Counted from the stretch's first letter, positions 5,928 to 14,372 are shown. The stretch is DNA of 18,361 nucleotides from an uncultured Anaerolineales bacterium (GCA_964443795.1 CAYUFY010000067.1:1-18361), one strand, 5' to 3'. The notes: generated by a model from the sequence alone, not told the origin. A program made the numbers and translations.

Positions 5928-7967
5928 ATGAAACGTCTGTTGATTATCCTCGCCCTCATTGCCCCTGCGCTCGCGCTCGTCTTCTTCTGGTTCAACCCCC
6001 AAGCCGATATTCTCTATAGCATCCCCATCGCTCACTTTTACATCGTCACCTTCATCACTTTTTCGGCGGCGGTGATTTCGATTTTGTTGGCTTCCTCGCT
6101 GGGGGCCGACGCCAAACCACGCCACATCCTCGCCAGCGCGGCCTTCGCGGTGGTGGGTAGTGTCTTCTTTTCGCACGGCTTGGCCACCCCCGGCGCGCTC
6201 ATTGATCATTTTCATCCAGCGGTCGAATGGTCGGCGTGGCTCACCCTCTTCGGGAGCGGAGCGCTCTTCGCCGCCGCCGCGCTCGACGGGCCTCACGGCA
6301 TCCCCGCCTGGTTACCGGTCCGGCGCGTGGTCATCGCCACCATCGTCGGGGTCATCGTCTACTCCGCTATCGCGGCTTTTATACCCGGTGCGCTCACGAC
6401 GGTGGATGGTTTTTTTGAAGACCTCGCCAGCCCTTGGCATCGCTATGCCATCTTTGCCCTGACGCTGGCCCTGTGGGGCTGGGCGACCTTCGGGTTGTGG
6501 CGCACCTGGCGGGCCACGCACAACCGCATTGACGGCGTGTTGGCCTTTATGGCGTTCTGGCTCACCACCGCCACCGTCAGCATGCATCTGTTTGAAATTT
6601 GGCGGCTATCGTGGTGGCTGTATCATCTCATCCTACTCGTATCTTTCATCATCACGGCTTTCATTCTGGCCTCGGAATATGAACAGGTGCGCCAGTTCCG
6701 GCTGGTGCGCTATTATCTGGCGGCCTCGCTCATCATCACCGCGCTGTTGGCGCTGGCCGCCTCCGCTATCTTCACCCAGTTCGCGTATGACACACTCGTG
6801 TCCGAAACACGCGCCGCCGCTTCGAGCACGGCCAACAATCTCGCTAACAGTCTCATGAGCGATATGCCCGATGTGGCCGAGGCCGGCACACTGGCCGGGT
6901 TGGAACAACGCCCCGGAATGCGCGCCTTGCTCAAAACCCGGTTGGCCGGTCTGCCCATCGGGAGCGTCACGCTCTATGGGCTGGATGGCGTGGCGGTGTT
7001 TGCCAGCGAGCCGGAATGGGTTGGCGTGAATGTGGAAGATCGCGCCGCCTTTAGCCAGGCCCTGATCGGCGTCACCGAAGTCGTCATCCGCCAACCGGGC
7101 AACGCGCCCGCCACCTACCATCCCACTGCCGCTGTCCACATCATCGAAGCCTACGCGCCCATCCGCCCATCCGCCGACGCGCCCCCCATCGGCGCGCTCG
7201 TCACCGTGCAGGAAGCCCCGACCCTGAACAAGGCCTCCATCAATGCGCGCATTCGCGGTTTGGTGACCGCGGCCCTGAGCATGGGCTTGCTCTTCATTGC
7301 GTTACTGTCCGTGGTGGGCCGCGCCGATGGCATCATCACCGAGCGCACGAATGCCCTGCGCAAAGTGACCAATCAACTCCAGACGTATTCCGAATGGCTC
7401 CTGGGGCGCGACCTGTTGGGCCAGTTGCTCAACGACCCCAAAGCTCTGGGCCTCATGCGCCGCGAGCGCACGGTGTTGTTCATGGATATTCGCGGGTTCA
7501 CCCGCTGGAGCGAGCCGCGCACTCCCGAGGAAGTGGTGGCGATGTTGAACCAGTATTACAACACCGTGGAAAGCGTGGTCACCCGGCATCAGGCCATCAA
7601 GTTTAAATTCTCGGCAGACGAAGCCATGGTGGTCTTCCCCGATGCCGAGCGGGCCGCCGCCGCCGCGCTGGAACTGCGCTCACGCATGGCCGCCCTGCTT
7701 GAGGCGCACAACATCGGCGCGGGCATGGGTTTGCACACCGGGCCACTGGTCGAAGGCTTGCTCGGCTCCACCGAAGTCAAGTTCTACGATGTCATCGGCG
7801 ACACGGTGAACACGGCCAAGCGCATCGAAAGCGCCGCCGCCAAAGCCGAAGCGCTGGTCTCCGACGACACCCGCGTCGCGCTTAAGGGCCAGTTCGCCGT
7901 TGGCGAACCGCGCCAGATTACCGCCAAAGGCAAGGAAGGGCCGGTGACGGTGTATCCGTTGGTATAA
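5928..7967 (+). CDS. Membrane-anchored sensor adenylate/guanylate cyclase (class III nucleotidyl cyclase, CHD domain): ~8 TM + Cache-like periplasmic domain + TM + cyclase
   Basis: C-terminus RTVLFMDIRGFTRWSE...AMVVFPD...GMGLHTGPLVEGLLGS...YDVIGDTVNTAKRIES matches class III cyclase motifs. A long hydrophobic N-terminus is followed by a region (GSVTLYGLDGVAVFAS...NVEDRAAFSQALIG...) resembling a single Cache fold, bounded by another TM. GGAG lies 13 nt upstream. Confidence 0.8.
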   Translation: MKRLLIILALIAPALALVFFWFNPQADILYSIPIAHFYIVTFITFSAAVISILLASSLGADAKPRHILASAAFAVVGSVFFSHGLATPGALIDHFHPAVEWSAWLTLFGSGALFAAAALDGPHGIPAWLPVRRVVIATIVGVIVYSAIAAFIPGALTTVDGFFEDLASPWHRYAIFALTLALWGWATFGLWRTWRATHNRIDGVLAFMAFWLTTATVSMHLFEIWRLSWWLYHLILLVSFIITAFILASEYEQVRQFRLVRYYLAASLIITALLALAASAIFTQFAYDTLVSETRAAASSTANNLANSLMSDMPDVAEAGTLAGLEQRPGMRALLKTRLAGLPIGSVTLYGLDGVAVFASEPEWVGVNVEDRAAFSQALIGVTEVVIRQPGNAPATYHPTAAVHIIEAYAPIRPSADAPPIGALVTVQEAPTLNKASINARIRGLVTAALSMGLLFIALLSVVGRADGIITERTNALRKVTNQLQTYSEWLLGRDLLGQLLNDPKALGLMRRERTVLFMDIRGFTRWSEPRTPEEVVAMLNQYYNTVESVVTRHQAIKFKFSADEAMVVFPDAERAAAAALELRSRMAALLEAHNIGAGMGLHTGPLVEGLLGSTEVKFYDVIGDTVNTAKRIESAAAKAEALVSDDTRVALKGQFAVGEPRQITAKGKEGPVTVYPLV

Positions 7968-7974
7968 ACTTTTA

Positions 7975-8044
7975 AGGTGACAGTCACTGGGCGTTCAGTG
8001 TGCTGGCATTAACAAATTATTCGGTAGCCCAGTGACTGTCACCT
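7975..8044. promoter_or_regulatory. Perfect 18-bp inverted repeat with a 34-nt loop between the cyclase stop and the lipoprotein start
   Basis: The arms are aggtgacagtcactgggc (7975-7992) and gcccagtgactgtcacct (8027-8044). The 5' arm begins with SD-like AAGGTG. The 3' arm ends in anti-SD-like CACCTCC, 13 nt before the ATG at 8058. Confidence 0.6.
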
Positions 8045-8057
8045 CCGAGAAAATTTT

Positions 8058-8870
8058 ATGAACCGCATCCTCGCCTTCTTCTCCCTGGGGATATTACTCG
8101 CCGCCTGCGCCATCGCGCCCGCTGGCCCCGCGCAGTTTGACCCGCCCTTCCCCGCGCCCAATGCGTTAGCCGCTCCCGGGCGCGTTTACGCGGTGGAGAG
8201 CGGCTGGTTCGACGGACAGGCCGTGCCATACTACAACCTGGGCGCGAACACGCCCCTCAGTCCAAACGACAGCGAGCGCGTGAGCGTGATGCCCGCCTGG
8301 TTATTCGTCACCGGACAAAACGCCGATGGCAGTCCCATCAAATTTGAAGGGCAGGGCACGGTGTTCAACGTCGCGCCGGGCGAGGCCGGGTACACCGACC
8401 TGTGGCAAATCTTCTTCGTCACCCCGCCTGCCAACTATGTCGCCGACGCGTTAACTTCCATTGACTCACTGGAGGCCAATGGTCTGGCCATTGAAAAAAC
8501 GCCGATGCTGGTGAATTGCCCCATCGTCCCCGCTCAGGCGGCGCTGGCCGACAAATCCAAAGCGTTGATTCACGGGTGGGTGAATGGTCAGCCAGTGTCT
8601 TACTTTGATTTCGGCGTGACCAGCGCGAAACCCGGCAAACTCTACGTCTTCATCACCGGCTTCACCGCCGATGGCTCACCCCAACTCGTCCCCGGCCAGC
8701 ATTTCATCTTCGACTCGTCCCGCACCTCCGGCGGTTATAGCGATTTTCGCGTGGTGCAGTGGGTAACCGTGGCGGCCAATTACAAAGCCGATTCAATCAA
8801 GGCGCTGAAAGATATAGACTTGAGCAAAGTCACCAATTCGGGGTTGGTGGTGAACTACCCGCAGAAATAG
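8058..8870 (+). CDS. Lipoprotein with internally duplicated ~110-aa domain of unknown function
   Basis: Signal peptide with lipobox (LLAAC). The two halves align (GWFDGQAVPYYNLG...FVTGQNADGSP...GYTDLWQ...ANYVAD versus GWVNGQPVSYFDFG...FITGFTADGSP...GYSDFRV...ANYKAD). Confidence 0.6.
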   Translation: MNRILAFFSLGILLAACAIAPAGPAQFDPPFPAPNALAAPGRVYAVESGWFDGQAVPYYNLGANTPLSPNDSERVSVMPAWLFVTGQNADGSPIKFEGQGTVFNVAPGEAGYTDLWQIFFVTPPANYVADALTSIDSLEANGLAIEKTPMLVNCPIVPAQAALADKSKALIHGWVNGQPVSYFDFGVTSAKPGKLYVFITGFTADGSPQLVPGQHFIFDSSRTSGGYSDFRVVQWVTVAANYKADSIKALKDIDLSKVTNSGLVVNYPQK

Positions 8871-8900
8871 CCATGAGCGTAGGTCTTTCGTAGAGTTTTC

Positions 8901-8932
8901 GCCCGTTAGCCAGCCCTAACGGGCTTTTTATT
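8901..8932 (+). terminator. Rho-independent terminator
   Basis: Stem gcccgttag (8901-8909) / ctaacgggc (8916-8924) with loop ccagcc, followed by tttttatt. Confidence 0.7.
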
Positions 8933-9042
8933 GCCACCGGCCCGCGCTGGCATCGCGCTGGCCGATGACTGACCGATGCTTGTCAGACTTCCCGTCGGAA
9001 AGGTGCTAAAGTTTGTCCTTGTCCATATCACTCGGAGGAAAA

Positions 9043-10950
9043 ATGGAAACCCTACTTCTTATTTTTGGTATTGCAGTCACAATTTTCGGCGGGGGGGCAA
9101 TTGCTTACGGTTTGACCAACGAGTTCTTGTTAGTGGTCATCCTCGGCGGGGGCGCGGGATTGATCGGGTTAGTGTGCATCGCGGCGGGCCTCAGTCTGGT
9201 GATGATCAGCGAACGCGAGGTGGGCGTGGTGGTCAAGAAGTTTTCCACACGCTCCCTGCCTGCCGGGCGACTCGTGGCCCTCGCGGGTGAGGCTGGCTAC
9301 CAGGCCGACACGCTGGCCCCCGGCTGGCACTTTGGTTATTGGCTCTGGCAATACACCGTCCTCAAAATCCCGGTGATTGTGATCCCCCAGGGCGAGATTG
9401 CGCTGGTGGTCGCCAACGATGGCGCGCCCATCCCGCCCGAACGCATTTTGGGCAAGGTGGTGGATTGCGACAACTATCAGAACGCGCGCAAGTTTCTCAT
9501 CCACGGCGGCGAGAAAGGACGGCAGTTGACCATTCTCACAGCGGGCACCTACCGCATCAACACTGCGCTGTTCACCATCATCACCGCCGCCAATGCTGAG
9601 AAGCACGGCATGAACGGCCGGCAATTATTGGTCTACGCGGTGCATCCCGACAAAGTCGGCGTTGTGACCACGCTGGATGGGGTGTCCATCACCGAAGGCG
9701 AAATCGCCGGGGCCATCATCCCCGGTCACGATAATTTCCAGAACGTGCAAGCCTTCCTCAACGGCGGCGGGCGGCGTGGCTTGCAGGAGCAAATCCTGCT
9801 CTCGGGTTCGTGGAACCTTAACCCGTGGTTCGTGGTCGTCGAACAAGTGCCCATGACCGAAATTCCCATCGGGTATGTGGGGGTGGTTATCTCGTTTGTG
9901 GGCAAGGCCCATGAAGATGTCAGCGGTTTGGAGTTCAAACACGGCGATCTGGTCAATCAGGGCCACAAAGGTGTGTGGGTAACGCCGCTGTATCCGGGCA
10001 AACATCCGGTCAACACGCGGATCATGAAAGTGGAGCTTGTGCCGACGACCAACATCGTGCTCAACTGGGCCATGCGCACCGAGTCGCACCAATACGATGC
10101 CAAACTCTCCTCGATTACGGTGCGTTCGAGAGACGGGTTTGCCTTCAATCTTGATGTCGCGCAAATCATCCATGTCGGCGCGCTCGATGCGCCCAAAGTG
10201 ATTTCGCGCGTCGGCTCGATGCAAAATCTGGTAGATCATGTGCTTCAGCCGATTGTGGGCAACTACTTCCGCAACTCGGCGCAGGAATACACCGTGCTGG
10301 ACTTCCTCATTGCCCGCAGTGAGCGGCAGGCCGAAGCCGCCGCGCATATCAAAGTCGCGCTGGGGGCCTATGATGTGCAAGCGATTGACACGCTCATCGG
10401 CGATATCACGCCGCCCGCTGAGTTAATGACCACGCTCACCGACCGGAAGATCGCGCAGGAGCAACAGAAGACGTTCGAGGTCCAGCAGGCCGCGCAGACC
10501 CAGCGTCAGCAGTTGGTGCGCGAGACCGCCAAGGCCGACATTCAGCAGGAAGTGGTGAAGGCCGAACAGAGCGTGAATATCGCCGAACTGCAATCGAATG
10601 CCGCCATCAAACGCGCCACCGGCGAGGCCGAGTCCATCCGCCTGCGGGCGACCGGTGAAGCCGAATCCATCCGCCTGCGGGCGTTGGGCGAGGCCGAAGG
10701 TATCAAGGCCGTGGGCGCGGCCAAAGCCGAAGCGTACCAAGCCGGTGTGGTCGCGCTGGGATCACAGGGCTACACCGCCATTCAGTTGATGCAAATTATC
10801 GGCGATCAAAACGTGCGGATCATCCCGGACATCACCGTGAGCGGCGCGCAAGGTGGCTCGAGTCTGGCCGAGGCCATGTTGGGTATTTTGTTGCGCGACC
10901 AGTTGCCGGGCAAGGACACCGCCGGAAACACTCCCATGTCGGGCAAGTAA
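9043..10950 (+). CDS. Flotillin-family (SPFH/band 7) membrane protein with EA-repeat C-terminus
   Basis: Two N-terminal TM helices, then an SPFH-like region (EREVGVVVKKF...; ...FLNGGGRRGLQEQILLSGSWNLNPWFVV...). The C-terminal coiled-coil carries flotillin-type GEAE(S/G)I(R/K) repeats. GGAGG lies just upstream of ATG 9043. The ORF-track start at 9013 is not preferred. Confidence 0.75.
   Translation: METLLLIFGIAVTIFGGGAIAYGLTNEFLLVVILGGGAGLIGLVCIAAGLSLVMISEREVGVVVKKFSTRSLPAGRLVALAGEAGYQADTLAPGWHFGYWLWQYTVLKIPVIVIPQGEIALVVANDGAPIPPERILGKVVDCDNYQNARKFLIHGGEKGRQLTILTAGTYRINTALFTIITAANAEKHGMNGRQLLVYAVHPDKVGVVTTLDGVSITEGEIAGAIIPGHDNFQNVQAFLNGGGRRGLQEQILLSGSWNLNPWFVVVEQVPMTEIPIGYVGVVISFVGKAHEDVSGLEFKHGDLVNQGHKGVWVTPLYPGKHPVNTRIMKVELVPTTNIVLNWAMRTESHQYDAKLSSITVRSRDGFAFNLDVAQIIHVGALDAPKVISRVGSMQNLVDHVLQPIVGNYFRNSAQEYTVLDFLIARSERQAEAAAHIKVALGAYDVQAIDTLIGDITPPAELMTTLTDRKIAQEQQKTFEVQQAAQTQRQQLVRETAKADIQQEVVKAEQSVNIAELQSNAAIKRATGEAESIRLRATGEAESIRLRALGEAEGIKAVGAAKAEAYQAGVVALGSQGYTAIQLMQIIGDQNVRIIPDITVSGAQGGSSLAEAMLGILLRDQLPGKDTAGNTPMSGK
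10615..10707 (+). repeat. 33-nt tandem in-frame repeat (2.8 units) encoding ATGEAESIRLR x2 + ALGEAEGIK inside the flotillin gene
   Basis: Units 10615-10647 and 10648-10680 are identical at the amino-acid level but differ at synonymous positions (ggc/ggt, gag/gaa). Confidence 0.8.
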
Positions 10951-10966
10951 GTTGGCAGGCTAAACA

Positions 10967-10997
10967 AACCGCGCGCTGGTCATGCCAGCGCGCGGTT
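10967..10997. terminator. 13-bp GC-rich hairpin between convergent flotillin and MFS genes; the T-run is better on the minus strand
   Basis: Stem aaccgcgcgctgg (10967-10979) / ccagcgcgcggtt (10985-10997) with loop tcatg. The minus strand continues ttgtttag. Confidence 0.55.
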
Positions 10998-11060
10998 TAC
11001 CGATGTGTGAGTAATTTCGTCAGATTTCCTAAGTTTTAGAAACTTCGGAAGTCTGGTGGT

Positions 11061-12383
11061 TTAATTTTTTGGACTGGTTACAAATTTGGCAAACAGCAAC
11101 GCCGCCACAAACCGCCCCACCGCCGAGAAAATAAACAAGGGCTTATATCCCCACCAACCTACGACCACCCCGCCCACCGCCGCGCCAGCGGCCAAAGCGC
11201 CCAACACCACGATCTGATATAGCGCGGTATAAGCCGGACGCTGATCTTCCGGGGACAGCGCAAGAAGAAAATTGAAGTTGGCCAAGGTGAACCCGGCCCA
11301 CAAAAAACCGCCCACGCTATTGATGAGCAGGGGGTGCCAGGGGCTAGTCACAAACGCCCAGGCGAGCGGCAGGAGGGGAATGAGCAAGCCGGTGAGTTGT
11401 TGCACCCGGCGCGGCCCCCAACGGTCAGAGAGGGCGCCAAAAATGCGCTGGCCCGGCAAGCCCGAGAGCGATTGGACCACACTCGCCAGCGCCACGAACC
11501 CCGCGTCGCCACGCAAGCCTTCAACCTGATCCACGATATAGATATTGAAAAACGGGCCGGCGACATTCAGTGAGAAATTCCAGAGGGCGGTGATGGCGCA
11601 AAAAACGAGGAACTCGGGGTGGGCGCGAAAATGGTGGAGCAGGGACGGGCGGGCCGCCGGGGGTGCGGCGCCCCCCACAGGTCCCGGCGCCCCAACGGGG
11701 TCGGCCAACGGTTCGCGCAGGCGCGCAAAACTCCCGGTTGAAAGCATCCCTACCGCAAACGCCAAGCCCAACATCCATTGATAGCCACCCAAGCCATTGA
11801 TCCGGGTGAGGAGTTGCCCCACGATGAGGGTGGTGGCCATGCCCGCCAGTCCCATGGCAAAGTTGCGCGAGCCAAAATAACGCCCCCGCCACTGAAAGGG
11901 GATGATGTCGGCGGTGAGAGCTACCCACGCCGGTAACGCAAGATTGTTAACGGCCTCGCGGAGGATGACCAACCCCATGGCGATTTGCACTACCAATGGG
12001 CCGTTGAGTAACAATGGCAAGCTGGCCAACACCAGCAGGATGACCCGCCCGATGCCCCCACCGCTGACGAGGCAAATTAATTTGCGCTGACCACGCCGGT
12101 TGGCGAGCGTGGCGCCGGGCAAAAGCAAGAGCGCCGCACTCAAACTGCTCAACGCGCTCATCCACCCGATTTGCGCGCGGGTGGCCCCCAAGGCCAGCAC
12201 ATAAAGGGGTATGAACGCGAGGGTAATGGCTTCGACCACCTGGGCAAACAGGCCATCGAGCCAGAACCAGCGCAAGTTGTGCCGGACAGCCGGGGAAACC
12301 CGATCACTCCAACGCCCCCCGGTCATAAACTGTGTGGCACGGCGGCGCCAATGCGTCCACCGTACGGTTTGCGAACGATTCAC
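11061..12383 (-). CDS. MFS-type transporter (12 predicted TM helices)
   Basis: Repeated hydrophobic helices and an MFS-like loop (LANRRGQRKL... after TM2). Stop TAA at 11061-11063. The start is called at the GTG at 12381-12383 with weak SD support, and an in-frame downstream Met is possible, so the N-terminus is uncertain. Confidence 0.7.
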   Translation of the reverse strand: MNRSQTVRWTHWRRRATQFMTGGRWSDRVSPAVRHNLRWFWLDGLFAQVVEAITLAFIPLYVLALGATRAQIGWMSALSSLSAALLLLPGATLANRRGQRKLICLVSGGGIGRVILLVLASLPLLLNGPLVVQIAMGLVILREAVNNLALPAWVALTADIIPFQWRGRYFGSRNFAMGLAGMATTLIVGQLLTRINGLGGYQWMLGLAFAVGMLSTGSFARLREPLADPVGAPGPVGGAAPPAARPSLLHHFRAHPEFLVFCAITALWNFSLNVAGPFFNIYIVDQVEGLRGDAGFVALASVVQSLSGLPGQRIFGALSDRWGPRRVQQLTGLLIPLLPLAWAFVTSPWHPLLINSVGGFLWAGFTLANFNFLLALSPEDQRPAYTALYQIVVLGALAAGAAVGGVVVGWWGYKPLFIFSAVGRFVAALLFAKFVTSPKN

Positions 12384-12444
12384 ACCATGAGGCTCAGCCG
12401 GGCCGGTCGGCCCGACTCAAGCGCGGAATGCTAAGGCCCGCTGA

Positions 12445-12708
12445 TTAGACTTGCTCGTAGTGCGCGGCATCTACCACAAACACGGTGGCCCGGTGTTGGT
12501 CTGGCTCGGGCGGGGCGCAGGCTTCGCGCAGGATGGTTATGATGTTGTCCACTTGCGCGGCGTCGGCCCCAATGAGCAGGGTCACGTTGCCGCGCCGCAA
12601 AAAGCCGCCGGTGCTGGCCACGCGGGTAACCCGCAAACCCTGCGTCGTCAGGCGTTCCATCACGGCGCTGTCATCCGTGTCGCGCACAATGGCGATGATA
12701 AGTTTCAT
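12445..12708 (-). CDS. DarA/PstA (YaaQ, DUF970) family PII-like protein (cyclic-di-AMP-receptor family); short paralog (87 aa)
   Basis: MKLIIAIVRDTDDSAVMERLTTQGLRVTRVASTGGFLRRGNVTLLIGADAAQV... closely parallels B. subtilis DarA, as recalled ([53 protein letters not shown]...). It is ~20 aa shorter in the C-terminal loop region. Confidence 0.75.
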   Translation of the reverse strand: MKLIIAIVRDTDDSAVMERLTTQGLRVTRVASTGGFLRRGNVTLLIGADAAQVDNIITILREACAPPEPDQHRATVFVVDAAHYEQV

Positions 12709-12723
12709 GGGAGTCTCCGGGCC

Positions 12724-13059
12724 TTAGAGTTGTTCAAAGCGGTCCACATCCAGAGCGACCATGGTCGCTCCGCCGAATTCAGCTTCCAGCATCATCCCCA
12801 CACCTTCCATCATAAAGGCTTCCGCTTGGGCGGCGATGAACCGGCGCCGGGTGCGGCACACTTCACGTACCACCGCCAACAGCCGCTCACGGTCAGCCCG
12901 GTCGAGGCCAACCAACACCGACACCGGGTTTTCCTGCAACAACCCGCCGTGATCCACTTGGGTGAATCGGAACCCCTCGCTTTTAAGGCGCTGAGTCAGT
13001 TCGCCCACTTGTTCCCCGGCCACGGTCAGGATAATAAGTTGATTGACAGATGTGGTCAT
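12724..13059 (-). CDS. DarA/PstA (YaaQ, DUF970) family PII-like protein, full-length paralog (111 aa)
   Basis: ...FRFTQVDHGGLLQENPVSVLVGLDRAD... and C-terminal EAEFGGATMVALDVDRFEQL mirror DarA motifs [16 protein letters not shown] and VEVGGATVFVLPVDEFHQF. It lies 15 nt upstream of the shorter paralog on the same strand. Confidence 0.7.
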   Translation of the reverse strand: MTTSVNQLIILTVAGEQVGELTQRLKSEGFRFTQVDHGGLLQENPVSVLVGLDRADRERLLAVVREVCRTRRRFIAAQAEAFMMEGVGMMLEAEFGGATMVALDVDRFEQL

Positions 13060-13298
13060 AACGCCTCGCTGATGTGTCGCATTATACCGCCTTGCTGGGG
13101 CAAGGACAGCCTGATTTACCCCCTGACCCTCAGGGGGCTGGACATCGCCCTGGTTTCGTAGTCCAATAGCAAAGCAATCACCCGCCAGCCCGCGAACCTT
13201 TTGGGCTGAGTCTACGTTATATAAGTAATGAGCGCCCTTCCACAGGTTCAGAACCTGCGGGAGAGCGTGCTGAACCTTTCAGTTGTCAGGAGTTTACA

Positions 13299-14372
13299 AT
13301 GTCCAATCCTCGCCGGTCATCCATGTCAGTTACCCAGCAGACGCCCTCGCGGCGGCGTTTTTTATTGCACGCATTGGGGTTGGGCGCCGCCGGATTGGCC
13401 GTGGGCGGCGGCGCGGCGTGGACCAAAAATCAACTGGCCGTGGGGGCGGAGGCACTGACCCAAACGCAGACTTTGCAAAACCAGTTAACCGAAACCGCCA
13501 CCGCCAAAGCCACGCTCGATGTGACGGTCGCCGATTTGCAAACCCGCTTCACCGCTTTGCAAATTCGCATGGATGGAGTCTTGACCCAAAACGCCGAGTT
13601 GGCTACCTCACTCTCGGCGGCGCAACAAACCACGACGCTCTTGCAAGCGCAACTCAACACCAAGCAAACCGAATTAGATTCGGCCCATACCCGTCTATCC
13701 GAGTCCGGGGAGCTTATCAATCTCTATACGCTGCTGGATGGCGTCAATCTCGATGCGGCGGTCGAAACCGGCCTGGCGGCGGTCAGTGGCGGGCTGGTCG
13801 GCTCGCTGACGCTGGCGCCAACCGTGCGGGCGGGTCTCACCCAAGCGGCCACCGCCCTGGCCGATTTTGAAACCTGGTTGCCCGATGTGGAAACCATGGT
13901 CGCCTGGGTAGGGGAGCAAGTCGTCAAAATCACCGCGGGCCTCATGGCGATCGAACTCGCCGCCCAACGCTTTGTCACCGGCCTCGTCACCGGTTTTGAA
14001 GCCGTCTTTGGTGGATTGATTAAGTTTATCCTTGAACATTTGCCTTTCGGCTTGGGCGATGACGTTAACCGCGCCCTCACGGTCACCCACGCCCTGCTCG
14101 TGACCTTGCCCGACGTGACGGCGGGATTGAAGGCCCAGGTCTTGGACAAAATCGCGCCGCGGGTCACCGCTGGCACACATCACTGGAAAAACACGCTGGT
14201 CACTCCCGTGCGTGACCAGGCCCTGGCCCCAACCACCGAATTGCTGACCCGCCTCGACGAGGCCAACACCGCCTTTGTCAATGCGCTGCAAACCCCCGCG
14301 CAAACCGCGCTGACCCGCCGGGCCGAGTTGCGCCAGCAGATTGTCGCCTATCGTGGGGCGCATAATTTGTAA
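13299..14372 (+). CDS. Tat-signal secreted protein, coiled-coil/Ala-Thr-Gln-rich, unknown function
   Basis: Twin-arginine motif SRRRFLLHALGLGAAGLAVGGG. AGGAG lies 8 nt upstream of the ATG. The remainder is low-complexity and helical. Confidence 0.6.
   Translation: MSNPRRSSMSVTQQTPSRRRFLLHALGLGAAGLAVGGGAAWTKNQLAVGAEALTQTQTLQNQLTETATAKATLDVTVADLQTRFTALQIRMDGVLTQNAELATSLSAAQQTTTLLQAQLNTKQTELDSAHTRLSESGELINLYTLLDGVNLDAAVETGLAAVSGGLVGSLTLAPTVRAGLTQAATALADFETWLPDVETMVAWVGEQVVKITAGLMAIELAAQRFVTGLVTGFEAVFGGLIKFILEHLPFGLGDDVNRALTVTHALLVTLPDVTAGLKAQVLDKIAPRVTAGTHHWKNTLVTPVRDQALAPTTELLTRLDEANTAFVNALQTPAQTALTRRAELRQQIVAYRGAHNL

Noticed and set aside
9625-10380. 251-aa minus-strand ORF, and other long antisense ORFs (3781..4350, 5751..6296, 6633..7139, 12451..13161, 13695..14363, 13283..13870)
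   Set aside because: Each lies inside and opposite, or out of frame to, a gene with clear family motifs. The translations are Arg/Gly/His-rich low-complexity sequence, typical of GC-rich antisense frames.
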